DNA of 64,000 nt from Spizellomyces punctatus DAOM BR117 (Eukaryota), in NCBI GenBank assembly GCA_000182565.2, contig KQ257462.1; one strand, 5' to 3'. Below, piece after piece: positions 11,004 through 25,069 of the stretch (position 1 is the stretch's first letter; the number at the start of each line of letters is the position of its first letter). A program made the position numbers and the translations under genes. The notes beneath the pieces were generated by a model that searched no databases, was not told the DNA's origin, and worked only from the letters and a program-made list of their open reading frames with translations.

Positions 11004-14000
11004 ATGTTTTCATTCGAGGGCGATTTCAAGAGCAAAAAGCAAATCAATTTAGGAGGTGCTAGGGCCCGCGTCCAGAAATCAGATTTATTAAAGCAGGCTC
11101 AACTCGAGCGTCAACAGAGAGAGAGGGAACGATTGCGCAAAAAGAGTGCCACGACACTTCAGGCAGCATGGAGAGCACGGCAGTGTGTCCTCCGTGTCAA
11201 GGAGCAACAGAGACAAGAGTGGCAGGGCAGCATGGCTGAACGAGAAACACGATGGCTCTGGACGCGATTGCTCTTTTTTTATCATCCGCAGCGGGATCTG
11301 GCCCTCTTGAATGATTTCTGTAAACTCTTGCAAAGAGAGACCCCTCAAGGTGTGTGTTTGTCTTGCGTCCGGGGGTGATACCTTTTTTTCAGTCAAGGGT
11401 ATCACTCTGCTACGTTACATGCATGGGCTGCTCACAGCGTGGAGTAGGCTTTTATTTCCTGTTTGTGCCGTACGTGCAAGGCGACAAGGAGACGCGAGAA
11501 TGGTTTAAATACGCCCTGGTCAAATTACTACGGCACTGCTTGGCTGCCGCGCGCGTCCATGATGGGTAGGTCTTGTAGTGTGTGTATGGGTCTTTAGAGA
11601 GAGGGAGAAGGTGCGCTGAGAGATCTTAGAGACGTGCGAGTGACGGAGACAGGGAGCGCGCTGAGAGAGCTCAGAGAGCATAGAGATTCGTAGAGTAAAC
11701 GCTTGAGCGCACACAAGAAAACTCGACGCTTTCATTTTACCCTCTTGTCTCACCCTGTCACCACCTCTCGTTATTGGATAGTCTCGACGAAGCAGGAACG
11801 GCAGTGAGCAGTGTGGTGGCATTACTCCAGGTGGGACTGAACCACGACGCATTCGCGGCTGCCTTCAAGGCTACCCAGGCTCCAGGACTCGAGTAAGTAT
11901 ATCGCACTTACGAATGCATTTTCCGCTTGTCTTATAGTTTTCAATGATATTGACACTGTGGAATTTCCCTTTCTAGTACCCTTGCAGTGGATGTGACGTT
12001 ACTCATGATGAAGCACCATCTCTATGCATCTATCAGAGAGTTTATTCTTTGTCATGTATGTGTGTCTTGTCCTGAGCTCCCTATCGACTTGATGCTAACC
12101 GCGTTTGCATATTTGATACGTCATTTTGCGTCGCTTTATATATTTCTTCAAAACTTTCTATATGCACGGGTTGTCACTATCATCTCATATCGCACCTGCA
12201 CACGAATGGAAATTAGACGATTGAAGACAGGAATCTCCCTTCCATATCCGCCATGACCCAACTAACCCTCTACCCCCTCGCAACCCTCGCATCCACTGCC
12301 TCCTACGCATCCGCCCTCTGCGATTTCTCAACCCAGATCCTGACCATTGACCTCTTACCCAACCGCATGAGCATTGATGCCCTTGCAAACGCCTTTCGCC
12401 TCCCCTTTGATGCCTTGATTCGGTTCCTGAGCGTTGATACGCGAGTATACAATGATATTGCGGCGATCGAATCGACAGTGAATCCGTATGCGGCGCTTTT
12501 GGGAAATGTGTTGGCGTTTGGGCAGCAGAGGATTGGCATGTTGGGGCCAGAGGATTTGGTAAGGCGCCTTTTCTATCGTTTGTACAATGCTTTTTTTTGT
12601 TGATACCTCTATTTTGTGGGACAGGCGTCGTATGTTTGCGTGCTCCAAACACTGATTCAGCACCTCCCGAACCGATTTTTCCATTCCATGCAAGGTGCAG
12701 CCCAATCTGACCTCGACGATGATAATGACGATGACGACGATTATAACGAGACAAAACCGTCTATTCCCATCGACCCCCGTCTCAAAAAGTACCTTGAGAT
12801 CCTCCTCATTCCAACTCATTTGGACCCCATCCTTCGATCCATCGACTCTACTTTACAACCCGTATGCCAGTTCCTGGTATCTCTCATGATCGCGTGGCCT
12901 GCCAAAAAAACAGATTTGGCGACGAGTTTACTCTCTCGGCCTCGGATACGTATTTTGGATGTGTTATGGACGGGTATAAAGTCGAGCGACTTGTGGCAGT
13001 TGTTGGTTATGAATGGACGGAAAGGGCTGGCGGGTCTTGATGGTATGTATATCGTCATTAGGACTTTGCAAATGAGATGCTCATGTGTGTTTTTTTCTAG
13101 ATGCAAAATATCGAGCGATTGGGCTGTCATGACGCTCTTTNNNNNNNNNNNNNNNNNNNNNNNNNNNNNNNNNNNNNNNNNNNNNNNNNNNNNNNNNNNN
13201 NNNNNNNNNNNNNNNNNNNNNNNNNNNNNNNNNNNNNNNNGGCGATGACGAGTTTTTGGAAAGGGGCCGTGAGTTGAGATATGTCTATTTTCAAATGTGA
13301 TCAAGGTAAGCGTTGTAGCGTTTGACGATATATATATGTGTGTACTGAGCATGTTTTTGTTGTAGCATGTTACGTTTCATTTATATTGGCAAGATACGAC
13401 GGGGATGCTGGTTGTACCTGGTACATTGGTCACACTGTCCCATCTCCGAGATTTGTTGACACGGCTTCTTCAACAACTCTTTGCACGAGAGTACGTCCTC
13501 TTGTCTCATTCATGCCTCTTGGCTCATCATTAAAGTTTGGCTTTTTTTTTGGTTTTGCGTTACAGTTCCCGCCGCCGATTTTGTCCTCCCGACCACTGGC
13601 TCATCCCCACCGACATATCCTTTTCCGAAGCCGTCCTAAAAGAAGACTCCAACATCCGTCAACCCTGCCTAGACATCCTCCATTCCATTCCTTTTGTAAT
13701 TCCTTTTGAAGTTCGCGTAGGAATTTTCAGGGAGTGGGTACGATTGGATCGTCTCGGGAATGGATTGGATGATCAGTGGTTGAACCCTGCTGCGCGTGTT
13801 ACGATACGACGGCAGTATGTGTTTAAAGATGGGTATACGCATTTGAATGCTTTGGGTGTGTATCTAAATGGTTTTTGCTCATGTGCTCTGAATGGAGAGT
13901 TTTGGGGTGTGTTATTGACCATTTTATATAGGTTCACGCCTCAAGAACCGTGTTGCTATCACGTTTATCAGTGAGCAAGGGTTGGTGGAAGCTGGGATTG

Positions 14001-15401
14001 ATGGTGGAGGTGTTTTCAAAGAGTTTTTGACAACGTATGTGTGTTTTGCATTTGTGTTCCGGTCCAACTTTGGGGAACTAATGGATATTAGTCTTTGTCG
14101 ACAAGCGTTTGATCTTAATTATGGGTTATTTCAAGCTACGACGGATCAGTTGCTGTATCCTTCTCCGCATTCGTATGCTACCCAAGGTGCGTCTTGTGTC
14201 TTTTGAGAGTGTGTACGAAATGCTGACGAGAGGTTTTATAGAAACGCAATTAAAACACCTTGAATTCCTTGGTCGGATTCTGGGAAAAGCCTTGTATGAG
14301 GGTATACTCGTCGATGTAGGGTTTGCTAATTTCTTTTTGGCAAAGTGGTTGGGTCGAACGAGTTATTGTATGTATTTTTTTTTGCCTCTCCTTTGATGTA
14401 CGTTGTTTATTGGGGATTAATGCTTTTTTTTTGGTGTTTTGTTAGTGGATGATTTACCGAGTTTGGATCCGGATTTATACCAAGGATTGTTATTTTTGAA
14501 GAATTATCAAGGAGATGTTCGGGACTTGGGGTTAACCTTTTCTGTTGATGATACCGGTATGTCCACATCCCATCCCCTTGATGCTATCCTACCATACTCA
14601 TCGCACCGTTAAGAATTCGGAGCCCAAAAGACGATTGAATTAATTCCAAACGGCTCAACGATCCCTGTTACGAATACCAATCGGATTAAATATATTTATT
14701 TAATGGCGCATTGGAAATTGAATACGAGGATTGAGAGGCAGTGTAAAGCTTTTTTTGGGGGGCTGGTGGATTTGATTGATCCGTCATGGGTTCGGATGTT
14801 TAATCAGGTTTTGTATCCCTTTCTCTTTGTCCTTGAGCTTGCCTCTTTTACTCACAAACACACAACTCGAACGTTATAGCAAGAACTCCAAATCCTCTTA
14901 TCAGGCACACCAACTCCCATCTCCCTAACCTCACTCCGCGAACACACGACCTATGCAGGCGGCTACACCTCAACCCACCCGACCATCCTCCTCTTTTGGA
15001 CCGTGCTTGAACAATTTGATGAAGAGTATCGTCGAGGGTTGTTACGTTTTGTGACGAGTTGTGCTAGGGAACCGCTTTTGGGGTTTGGAGAGTTACGACC
15101 GGGGTTTTGTATTCGGTTTGCGGGGGATGAGGAGGATCGGTTGCGTATGTATTATTTTTGTTGTTGTGAATTTGTTTTTTGAATGGTGTTTTGATTTGAT
15201 TTGTGTGTGTTTTTGTAGCGACGGCTTCTACTTGTGTTAACTTACTTAAACTTCCTGCGTACAAGAGTTTGGAGGTCATGCGAGCGTAAGTACTTTTTAT
15301 GTTTATATATACGTGTGTTTGGATGTTTGATTTTTTTTTTGGTGGTTTTTAGGAAATTGGTTTATGCTATTGATGCTGGGGCTGGGTTTGAATTGTCGTA
15401 G
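11004..15401 (+). CDS. HECT E3 ubiquitin ligase, UBE3C/Hul5 type (multi-exon, spans the N gap)
   Basis: MFSFEGDFKSKKQINLGG start and IQ-like ATTLQAAWRA; EAGIDGGGVFKEFL; LGRILGKALYEGILVD; catalytic RLPTASTCVNLLKLP; GAGFELS* end. Confidence 0.95.
13141..13240. other. Assembly gap (100 N)
   Basis: Run of 100 n inside the HECT gene. Confidence 1.
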
Positions 15402-15596
15402 GTTGTTTGGTTGTACTATATATTTATATTCTGTGCAAGTGTGAAATCACTGCTGAAGCTTGTCCTGGGTGAGATGGTCGATGGAGGTGGTATTTCATTT
15501 TGCTGTAAATGGGTTTATTGAGATGGGTTCACGTGATGGGATATCATCTTGTAAAGCGCGTGAGAACGCGGTTTGTATCTGTGCTTCTACTCACGA

Positions 15597-18130
15597 TGAA
15601 CAGAGATTACATTGCAGCATTCTTCAAATCAAGTGACCCGCGTGAATGGAACAGCGACAATATATGCAGTGAACTCGTCCCCCTTCTCACCCATCAATCT
15701 CAAGTCTGGCCTTTGGTTGAAAGCGTGCAGGAAGAATTGAAGAAGATGGCCGAGGACATGAATCTGCCTTCTGCGAAGAGAATGAAAGCCAAGAGGCTTT
15801 CTACACAAAAGGTACGTGCCAAAACTTCTAGATTGCACCGCCAAGCACGCGTACTGTCCTCTTGAACATTATTATGGGGCGAGGCTTGATTGCCTTGATT
15901 GCGTTCTGCGAACTCGCTGATAGCCCTCCCCCCAGCTTGATGGGCAGAAGCCCATGAGAATATCATCGGCTTTCTCGAGTATGGCACCGGCCTGATTCTC
16001 ATCTGTCAGAGTGTGTTGCATATGAGCGTTTGGGGCATTAGGCCCCAAGTTTCGTACCTGCATACTGGAGCCGTCTTTCAGACCGCTTCTGCCGATCTGG
16101 AGATGTGCCTGCTTTACCTTTGAATATGAGTCTGTCCTTTACTGTATAAGTTCTGTGCTAACCACCTGTTTCTTTTCTGTTGGATGGGAGTAATATGGCA
16201 GATTCGATGCGGGATGTTCAGATTTGCGATGAACAGTGATTGCTTCCATTTTCAAACCACTCCTCCTCGCGCATACAAGTCTGCCAGACTGTCACAACCT
16301 ACGATGTTGCCTAGTGTGACGAGACTATAGCCACGGAGCTTTCTGTCCAAAAGGTACATGCCGAACTTCTAGATTGGACCACTAAGCACGCGTACTGTCC
16401 TGTTGAGCATTATTATGGGGCGAGGCTTGATTGGCTTGATTGCGTTATGCGAACTGGCTGATAGCCCTCCCCCCAGCTTGATGGGCAGAAGCCCATGAGA
16501 ATATCATCGGCTTTCTCGATGTTGGCACTGGCCGGATTGTCATTTGCCAGAGTCTGTTGCATACGAGCGTTTGGGCTATTAGAGCATACGTTTGTACCTG
16601 CAGCTGGAGCCGTCTTTTCAGACCGCTTCTGCCAATGTTAATATGCGCCTGCTTCACCTTTGAATGTTTATGAGTGCGTCTTAAACTATAGAAGTTCTGT
16701 GTTAATCACCTGTTCCTTTTCTATTGATGGGGAGTCACAGGGCATTGCAAAGCCGACTTGAAAAGCCATTTTCACTTCCGAAAGACCTTACCGTCAACCG
16801 ATAATTGTAATTGGAATCGCCGCAGCAAGACCTCGGACATAAAGTCTGTCAAATAGTCCCAACCCACGAGCTTTCTGTCCAAACGGTACGTGCCAAAATT
16901 CTAGATTGGATCACCAAGTATGCATACTGTTCCTCTTGAGCATATGTGGGAGCTTGACTGAGTGTGCTTTGCATACCAGTTGAATAGACCTAGCTCGAGC
17001 TTCACAGTGCAGAGGCCTTGAAGGTTTTCTCCATCTATGCACACGGCCTGATTGTCATTGGCCAGAGTCTGTAGCGTACGAGCGTTTGGGCCATTAGGGC
17101 CCACGTTTTCGTATTCAAACCTGCAGGCTAGAGCAGTCTTTCAGACCGCTTCTGCCCAGATTGAGATGCGCATGCTGTATCTTTGAGTGTTTAGGATTTG
17201 AAATTGTCTTTTTGTACTGTATAAGTTCTGTGCTAACAACCTGTTTCTTTTCTGTTGGATGGGGAGTCACAGGGCATTGCAAAGCCGAGTTGCTTCCATC
17301 TTCAAATCACACGAGTCAAACAGTACGACAATATGTCACGAATGTTGCGCCTCCTCACACATACAAGTCTGCCAGACTGTCGCAACCCACAATGTGGGAA
17401 AAGACGCCCGAAAAGCCATGGGTCTATTGGCACAAAAGGTACGCGCCAAACTTTTAGATTGGACCGCCAACCAAAAGTAAATGCATGCGTACTGTTCCCC
17501 TTGAGCGTATTATTACTAGGAAAGGGCTTGAGTGTTCTTAAAACCAGTAGATAGCCCTACCTTAACCTCTTTGGTGCAGCAGGCTTGAGAATATCACAAG
17601 CTTTCTCACCCTCGGCATACGGCTGATTGTCATTGGCCAGAGCCTGTAGCATACAGCGTGTGGTTCATTAGAACACACGTTGTATTCCTCCATGCTGGAG
17701 CTGTCTTTCAGACAGCTTCTGTCCACCTTGAGATGCGCATGCTGTATCTTTGAGTGTTCATTTTTTAGATACAAGTAAATGCGTGCGTAGTGTTGCTCTT
17801 GAGCATTTTTGTGGGGAAGGCTTGAGTGTTCTCTGAACTGGTTGATAGCCCTACCCCTGAGCTCTTTGGTGCACAGTCTTGAGAATATCATAGGCTTTCT
17901 CAAAAGCGGCACACGACTATTGGCGTGAGTTCTGCAGCATACGAGCGTTTGGGCCATTAGGGTTTACGTTTGTAGCTGCAGCTGGAGTTGTCTTTCAGAC
18001 GCCTTCTGCCGAAGTGGAGATGCGCATGCTGTATCTTGAATGTTTCGGAATTTGAGATTGTCCTCTTGTTCTGTTCAAGTTCTGTGCTAACAACCTGTTT
18101 CTTTTCTGTTGCATCGGCATCGTTACCGAG
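15597..18130. repeat. Decayed tandem array of about five ~540-bp units (last ones truncated)
   Basis: Anchor ggtacgtgccaaa-cttctagattg recurs at ~15811, 16353, 16885 and 17438. Anchor gtctttcagaccgcttctgcc recurs at ~16074, 16612, 17135, 17703 and 17990. Confidence 0.88.
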
Positions 18131-18547
18131 ATGCGAAGCATATAACTCGTGCAATCCAGTCAATGGCCCTATTTATTGAAGCTACCAAATGCGATGCCTA
18201 GATGAACATACGTGCGGAAGGGACGTATTCTCGTAAAGATGCCAGGAACCGGGGTACAATCGCATGGATTGGGCAGACGCTGAGAGAAGAATGTAAAATC
18301 CGAGACGTCACGCGGGAAAATGGTGGACTATCTGCCGTTGTCCTTTTTTTCGAATTATAAGTCTGGGGTTGTAAAAGATTAGTTATTTGGGTCTCTCTGT
18401 CCATTTTGTCGTTGGCACTCCTTATTCGAGATTCAACCATTTGGAACACGTGAGATCGGATGACCTGTGGATGGCTCACGTAATGATCGGAACTTTTGAG
18501 CTGGATGATTGCTTGTGTTGGTGCTGTCTTCCTCCAGTCCATCTACA

Positions 18548-21066
18548 ATGTCCGAGACAGATATTACAGAGGATAAGCTCCAAAATGATGGTAAAAGTGG
18601 ACTGTTTTAGCAATCTCTTTTTCGGTGTTTTGTTGAAATTCGAAGAAAGAAATTCACCGATAACCGAATTTTGATTAGATCCTACAAGTTTCGAAGCTGC
18701 GACCACAGATCCACCACCGGAACATCCGAACGAGGAGCCACTTTCCTCCGAGACATTAGCTGATACAACCCTTCTTCCATCCGACCCACCTCCACAAGAT
18801 GACAGCCCAACTGATCCAGCAATCGCTGAACCAGAAGTATCACCTACCTCACGCAAATCATCAGCAGCTCCTCGCCCATCCAGTGCAGAGTCTACCCGAT
18901 CCGACGCAAATCCCCAACGCCCAGGTACTCAAGGTGAAGCGAGAAAAATGAGTGCGTCGGGTATGAGAGTGACCACACCAGGACGAAGAGGTTCTGGTGC
19001 CGGATCGGCAGGCAGCAGAAAGGACGTACCTGTTACGGGACGAGCAAGTGATATCGGCAGCGCTTCTAGAAAGCGACAAGGAAGTGTCGGACTTTTTACG
19101 GATGTTATTACTGAAAGCGTTGATGAGGATGAGATTGTACCTCAAGAGGTTCAAGTCACTTCTGTGGCGGTTGGGGAGACGGACAAGTTGATGGATGTAT
19201 ATGAGGAAGTGGAGGAGCTTGCTGATAGTGGGTGGGAGACGGATCTGGATGTTTCAGGTGAGAGTTTGGTTTTTCAAAGATCGATGGATATCATGCATTT
19301 GGGTACATTGTTGACGGAATTCTGGATTATAGATGTGCTGAATCGAAAGAACCAGCAAGATCTCTATACTGCCGCATGTATTGCATTGGGCATCGTTCCA
19401 GTCTCGTTCATTATTGACCGTCTAAAAGGAGAAGAAATCGTGATGCCGCATCATGGGTTGGGACCTAAAGGTGCACATGCTCTCGCCCAAGTTCTAGAGG
19501 TATGTTGATTATCTTACCACATTTTACGGTTGTTTCTTTGTTTGGCCACTCGGCATATATCTGAACTTGGTCCTGATACTAGGGAAATACGACACTAAAG
19601 CGCATTGATTTGACAAACAATTGGATCGAAAGTGGGGGAGCTTATCTTGGAAGGAGTTTGCAAATCAACCGTGCGCTAGTGTATCTCAACTTGACAGGGA
19701 ACAGACTGGGTGGCGTATCTGTTTTTGCATACTAACGTATTAGTATTTTTCACTTACATGCACGAAATTAGGCTATGAAGGAAGCCACGAAATTGCAGAG
19801 ATGCTCCAATTTAATGCTTCTCTTAAAACCCTTATCCTCAAAGGTAAGCTCCATTGCTGCGATGTGTAGATGCATGAAGTACTCAACGCCGGCAAATGGA
19901 AAGACAACAAGCTTGGTGATCGGGAAGCACAGCTATTTAGTGAAGGATTACGACAAAATTCTTGCTTGCAAGGTATTGACTGTGGAGCTGGCTATTCACG
20001 CTCTTTATGGTTCCTAATTTGGCTTGGACTGTCTTGTAGTGCTTGACTTGAGTTACAATGAAATTGGGGATATTGGCGCTATTGCTCTGGGAGTGGGTCT
20101 AGTAGGGAATGATGCATTAAAGGAACTGAATCTGGGTATAAACAATTTTTGGACTACTTGCCGGAAACCATTGCACTTTTCTGATATTTGTTAAATGATC
20201 GCATAGGCTGGAACCAAATTCGTCATCGGGGTATCGCAGGGCTGTTAAATGGACTAAAGGTGAGTCTATAGTATTGCTCGCTGTGTCGACCGTACAAGAA
20301 ACTCATGTATATGTTTATAGGATAACCTCATTTTAACACACCTGAACCTGGAGGTATTGCCATGATTGTCTTGCTCTTGGCTATAACCCCGCATTTAAGA
20401 TTTTATTGTTTTTGTATTTAGAGTAATGGGTTAGGAGAGAATGGCGCGGCCGTGGCAAGTTTCCTCCTCAAAAACAATGCCATACAGGTGCTCAATCTAC
20501 GGTATGTGTACTGCTAGCCTTTATTTCTCTTCATATGGTTAGATACCTTCTCTTCACATGATTAAATACCAAATGGTTAAATTGTAGGCGTACACGATGC
20601 GGAGATGGGGCAATAGGAACTATCGGAAAAGCTATCGAGCAAAACTGTACGCATCCATGTTTTTGGGGTTGATACGAGCATTCCATGCTAACGCAATACG
20701 GTTTTACCCACCTAGATTCTCTCAAAGAATTTGACTGTTCCGATAATCTATGGACGGACCAAGGGGCTCAACTCCTTTTCAAAGGCCTAATGAACTCTAG
20801 TAGCATGCGAAAGCTTTACATGCAGGTACGTTGTACCCTTGAACGGAGGGTGTGGTGGATACGTTTATATTTCTCGAGCCCATGCTAAACTGCCAACGAT
20901 ACCTCTCTTGTGGTAGAACATTAAACTTACCAAAGACATTCGAGTGAAGATTGATGAGCTAAAGGCGGAAAAACCTGAACTTGCTATTATCGAAATGAGT
21001 GAAGCGGATATGTTGATTGCCGCCAAGGAGGCACGCATTCGCAAAGAGGATAGAGATAGAACATAG
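18548..21066 (+). CDS. Leucine-rich-repeat protein, LRRC74-like (RNI-like LRR), multi-exon
   Basis: P/S-rich N-terminus from ATG 18548; LYTAACIALGIVPVSFIIDRL...MPHHGLGPKGAHALAQVL; repeated LxxLDLxxN/LDLSYNEIGDIGA units in many short exons. Confidence 0.8.
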
Positions 21067-21282
21067 CATGATTATTTGCATATACAAAAAATAAAAGGCT
21101 TCTCCGTGGAAATGCAAAAATGTGATATGCGTGTGTATTTCAGGTGGCGGGTATACAAGACCAAGCGCCTTCCAAAGATAAAGAAACCACAAGCTACCAA
21201 AAGAATTCATCAAAAATAAACAAAAAAATAGAGAAACTCCTTCGTATCCAAGTCCAATGATAAAGTCCAACAGCCAGGTATA

Positions 21283-22344
21283 TCACGGCGCAAATATCCT
21301 TCCAGCCCTACGACGAACTGTTCTGCGTAGCATAGCAGCCATAGCAATGACATTCCTCACAACACTATCATTCGCCAGCGTTCCCTTGATTCGAATATCC
21401 GATAACTGAGGGCACGCTCGAACAAGCATGATGACGCCGTCCCGTGTGATCCCAGAGCAGTTTTGAAGGTCAATAGCCGTTAACCGCGGACAATACCTCG
21501 CCAAAGACTCTAGACAACGATCCGTAACGGGTTTTCCTTGAACAGAAACAACTTCCAACGCTGGACAATTATGTGCAATGAGAGCTAGAATGGCGTCTTC
21601 TACTGGAATCTGTCCCGTAGGTGGTGTCACCATTCCTACAGAAAACTCGCGTAGACTAGGACCCACACTAGTCGCCAACAACTTTGCAAAATTTTGCCCA
21701 TCGCCTCTCGTGCAGTCAACGCTGCCCCAATGTAGTGATCGTAATCGCATCAACCGACTTGAAAGCGTATGCAGTTCCATACTCCGCACCGGTGGCAATT
21801 CATAAAAGAACCGTGATTGCATACCCCCAACACTTCCAGTCAATGTCAGATCAACCAGTTTAGGACAAACCGTTAAAACATGTTGAAGCGTCCGTGGATC
21901 CAACGGGTCACAAAAAATCTTGAGCGACTCTAACAATGGCGTGCCATTCGCAAACCGCTTTAACAAGTCGGTATCCTCCGGTTCACTGAATCTCAGCGCA
22001 GTCAGATCAAAACACCTGACGAGACAATGTGGGGAAGACTCTTTGCACGATTGGTTGAGATGTCGCTCTAGGAACTTTAGTGCTTTGGCTTTGGATGGTA
22101 GGTATGGATTTCGCCATAGTGCACGCTGGGCTGGGCGATACCATCGGCGGTTGACTAGAGTGCATACGGCATATGTGTGCTGCTGTTGACGGTGGTTGGT
22201 GGGTTCGGCGGCGGCGGAAAAGATGAGGTGTAATATTTCGGGAGGGAGGGTGGAAGCGATCGATGGTGGCTATCACGAGCATGTTAGCCCGCTACCAGTA
22301 TACAAGGCGCAAAAGCCCAGACGACTACGACAACTCACCTCCAT
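21283..22344 (-). CDS. F-box/LRR protein
   Basis: First exon ATG GAG, intron, then TLPPEILHLIF...CTLVNRRWYRPAQRALW (F-box); cysteine-containing LRRs VTDRCLESLARYCPRLTAIDLQNCSGIT. Confidence 0.88.
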
Positions 22345-22963
22345 GGCTTCCGTTTACTGAATAAAGGATGAAGATTGAAGAGAGCCAAGGTTGTAAAACA
22401 AAGCAAAGCAAAACCTACGAGTTTGGCTAGCGGGCAACAGATAAGAGATCTTGCCCAAAAATCGGAGTGCGTGACATAATACGCGTGACATAACATCCTT
22501 TCAAGTGACCTGGCGCAATTTGGGAACTAATCATGCAATGTTGGCTTTATTTCTGAACACTTTTTTTGCATGAAGGACTCATAGATATTTTCTTTTTTTT
22601 TTCACTCGGGATCTACTTTACTGCCTTGTTGGTTATTCTTATAACGGAGGCCATACTTGCAGATTTGCATGTCGCATAACTCTGCACTTGACCATATTTT
22701 GGACCAACTCGTCCGAATTCCTCTTGGCCATCCGCTGGGCATTGAGCTTTCATCCGGATTCCACCAATAGCTTCATAGCCATTCAATTATCAGCACTTCC
22801 TCAATCAAACGAATTCGAGTACACAAAGCATCATTTCACTACAGCATTTATTCGTAACATCTAAGTAGGACAAAGTACTACTACACTAAATTTGATTAAC
22901 AACTTAAGAATAAAAAAGAAGAGAATTGCGATTCGATAACCCAATAAAACTTAGATCAAAGCA

Positions 22964-25069
22964 TCAGTGTCTATCGCTGCCCTTGACTACCTCTCCCATC
23001 CTATAACCTTCTTTCTTGCCGGGTATCGCAAACATACTTTGATCTATTGGATATGTCGTGCTGATGTTTTGAAAGGTGATGACGGCACTCAACGGTAACA
23101 GACCGATGGGTATCTCAATCTGGACTGAAATGAGAAAACGTAGGTATCAGTAACCATGTTAACAGGTACAGGAGAAAAAGCAGATTTACCTGGAAATCCC
23201 GGCGGGAGTTGCACACCAAAAAACTCTTTTAGAGATCGAATGTGCTCGTTTGTTCCCATTCCGATTAACTCTAGCAATGGGAATAGGGTTTCGACTTTGA
23301 TTGGAAACTCATCAGATTGCAATGACGGTGGTGGTGTTGGAGTGGCTTGAACAATCGTTGGGAATGATGAATACGCGGCTGCAGCGGCCGTATCTTTTTC
23401 TATAATTTCCTTTTCGGCTCCCTCTGCCATTGGTGTCTCCTCTCCGCCCTCGTACATCCATAATGTCGCTTTGTAGTTTCTGGAAGTCTTTTCTAATATT
23501 TGAGGTCGACCTACATGTAGGTACTCTTTCTCTTGTCCTTGTGAAAAGAACTGTTCATATGTGACTTCCGGGGTCGGGGGAGGGTCTAACGTTGGTCTGA
23601 AACGGGCAAGTTCCCGGAAAGCCTTCTTGGCTTTGGCCAATTCTTCTGGTTCATTCCACTCGCCCGCTTCGTACTTGCGGATCTTCTCGTCTTCATCCTC
23701 CTCCTCTTCTTCCTCCCCCTCTGGAAGAGGGTTATCCTCTTTGGTCGGTGGTAATGGGTTGGCTTTCAAATGCTCTGTTCGCGTTTTGTTTACACATTCC
23801 AAGGCATCAACGGACCATACATGTGTTTCCCATGGACCAACTCGCTCGTTACGGTCCACCTGGAGAAAAGTTAGCTCATGCTCTGGTGTCACATGCAACT
23901 AGCCAACAAGTAACCTTAAACGTCCAGAATCCACTTTGTGTTCTAGAGAGACTGAAAGATGAAAAGTCAAATTCGGGTGCCGCAACCTAACGATGCAATG
24001 TGGATCACCAAGTCTCCTAGTGCAAATTAAGACCACATCCTTACCATCTTTGTGTTTAGACTGATTGATATTTCTTCTTCCACCTCCTTGGCGCCGATCG
24101 AAAAGTCCCTTGGCCATACTAGCTGAACAACGCGGCGTTGATGGTCACAAATAACCAATTGTGGTCCTTTTGGTGCTGTCAGTATTTGAATCCAATATGT
24201 AGAAGCACCAAACTTGTGAATTACCATCTTTCTCTTCGGTGAAGATGATGGAAATATCACCACGGACCCATGACAAGCTTTCAAAGCCGACAAGCGTCGT
24301 GTCGATTCGAATCGACTTTCCCTGTATGCAAAATAGACAAGTGTTGGATATGTGCGTTGTTTCTAAGCGCACGGTTCACACTACTTACCTTTTTGAAAAC
24401 CTGCGGAAAGCATCGCCGGTGAACGATTTGAGACCCACGTCGCACATCAAGCATTATGAGTAAATCAAACCATTACCTTGTATGTATCCTGCAGAGTTGA
24501 ATGTTACTTATATGTGAAATGGACAGTGCAAATCAAAAATTGGACATACCGAGGGACAAATGGAGCTCACAAAAGGGATGATAGATTTAAACGACCAGTG
24601 CATCTCGAGATAGAAGTCCTTCAGATCCTACCAAACGACAAGCATGCCAGAAATCAGTTTAACCCGATATATTTTGATCTTGTCTATCTCGTATTGACGG
24701 CCTGACCTTTGACAGTGCCCTCAACAGCTCTCCGCCTTTGGATTTGAACCAGAACGCCAGCTCCCTCCGCCGAGTTCTGTAAACCCATTCCATAACCTCT
24801 CGATCGCCATAGCTGGTAGCTTCTTGAAACGGAGTCCATCCGTCCATGTTCTTGAATAGTGTGGATGCACCGGCATCAAGAAGGATCTTGACGCATTCTT
24901 TTCGCCCGAGAGATATCGCGAGAGTTAATGGAGTTTGTCCGCGGCAGGTTTCTGTAAAGAGGGGACATGGAGTGGTTGATGGGTATGAAGAGAGATAGGT
25001 GCGGAGTGCTTCTGTCTCATTTTTGAAGATGAGACGATGGAGGTGATACTTGTCGGGGTTTCCCGACAT
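22964..25069 (-). CDS. ANKRD13-like protein (ankyrin repeats plus GPCR-chaperone domain)
   Basis: RGQTPLTLAISLG...GWTPFQEATSYG; IRIDTTLVGFESLSWVRGDIS; FFGVQLPPGFP followed by VQIEIP. Confidence 0.92.
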
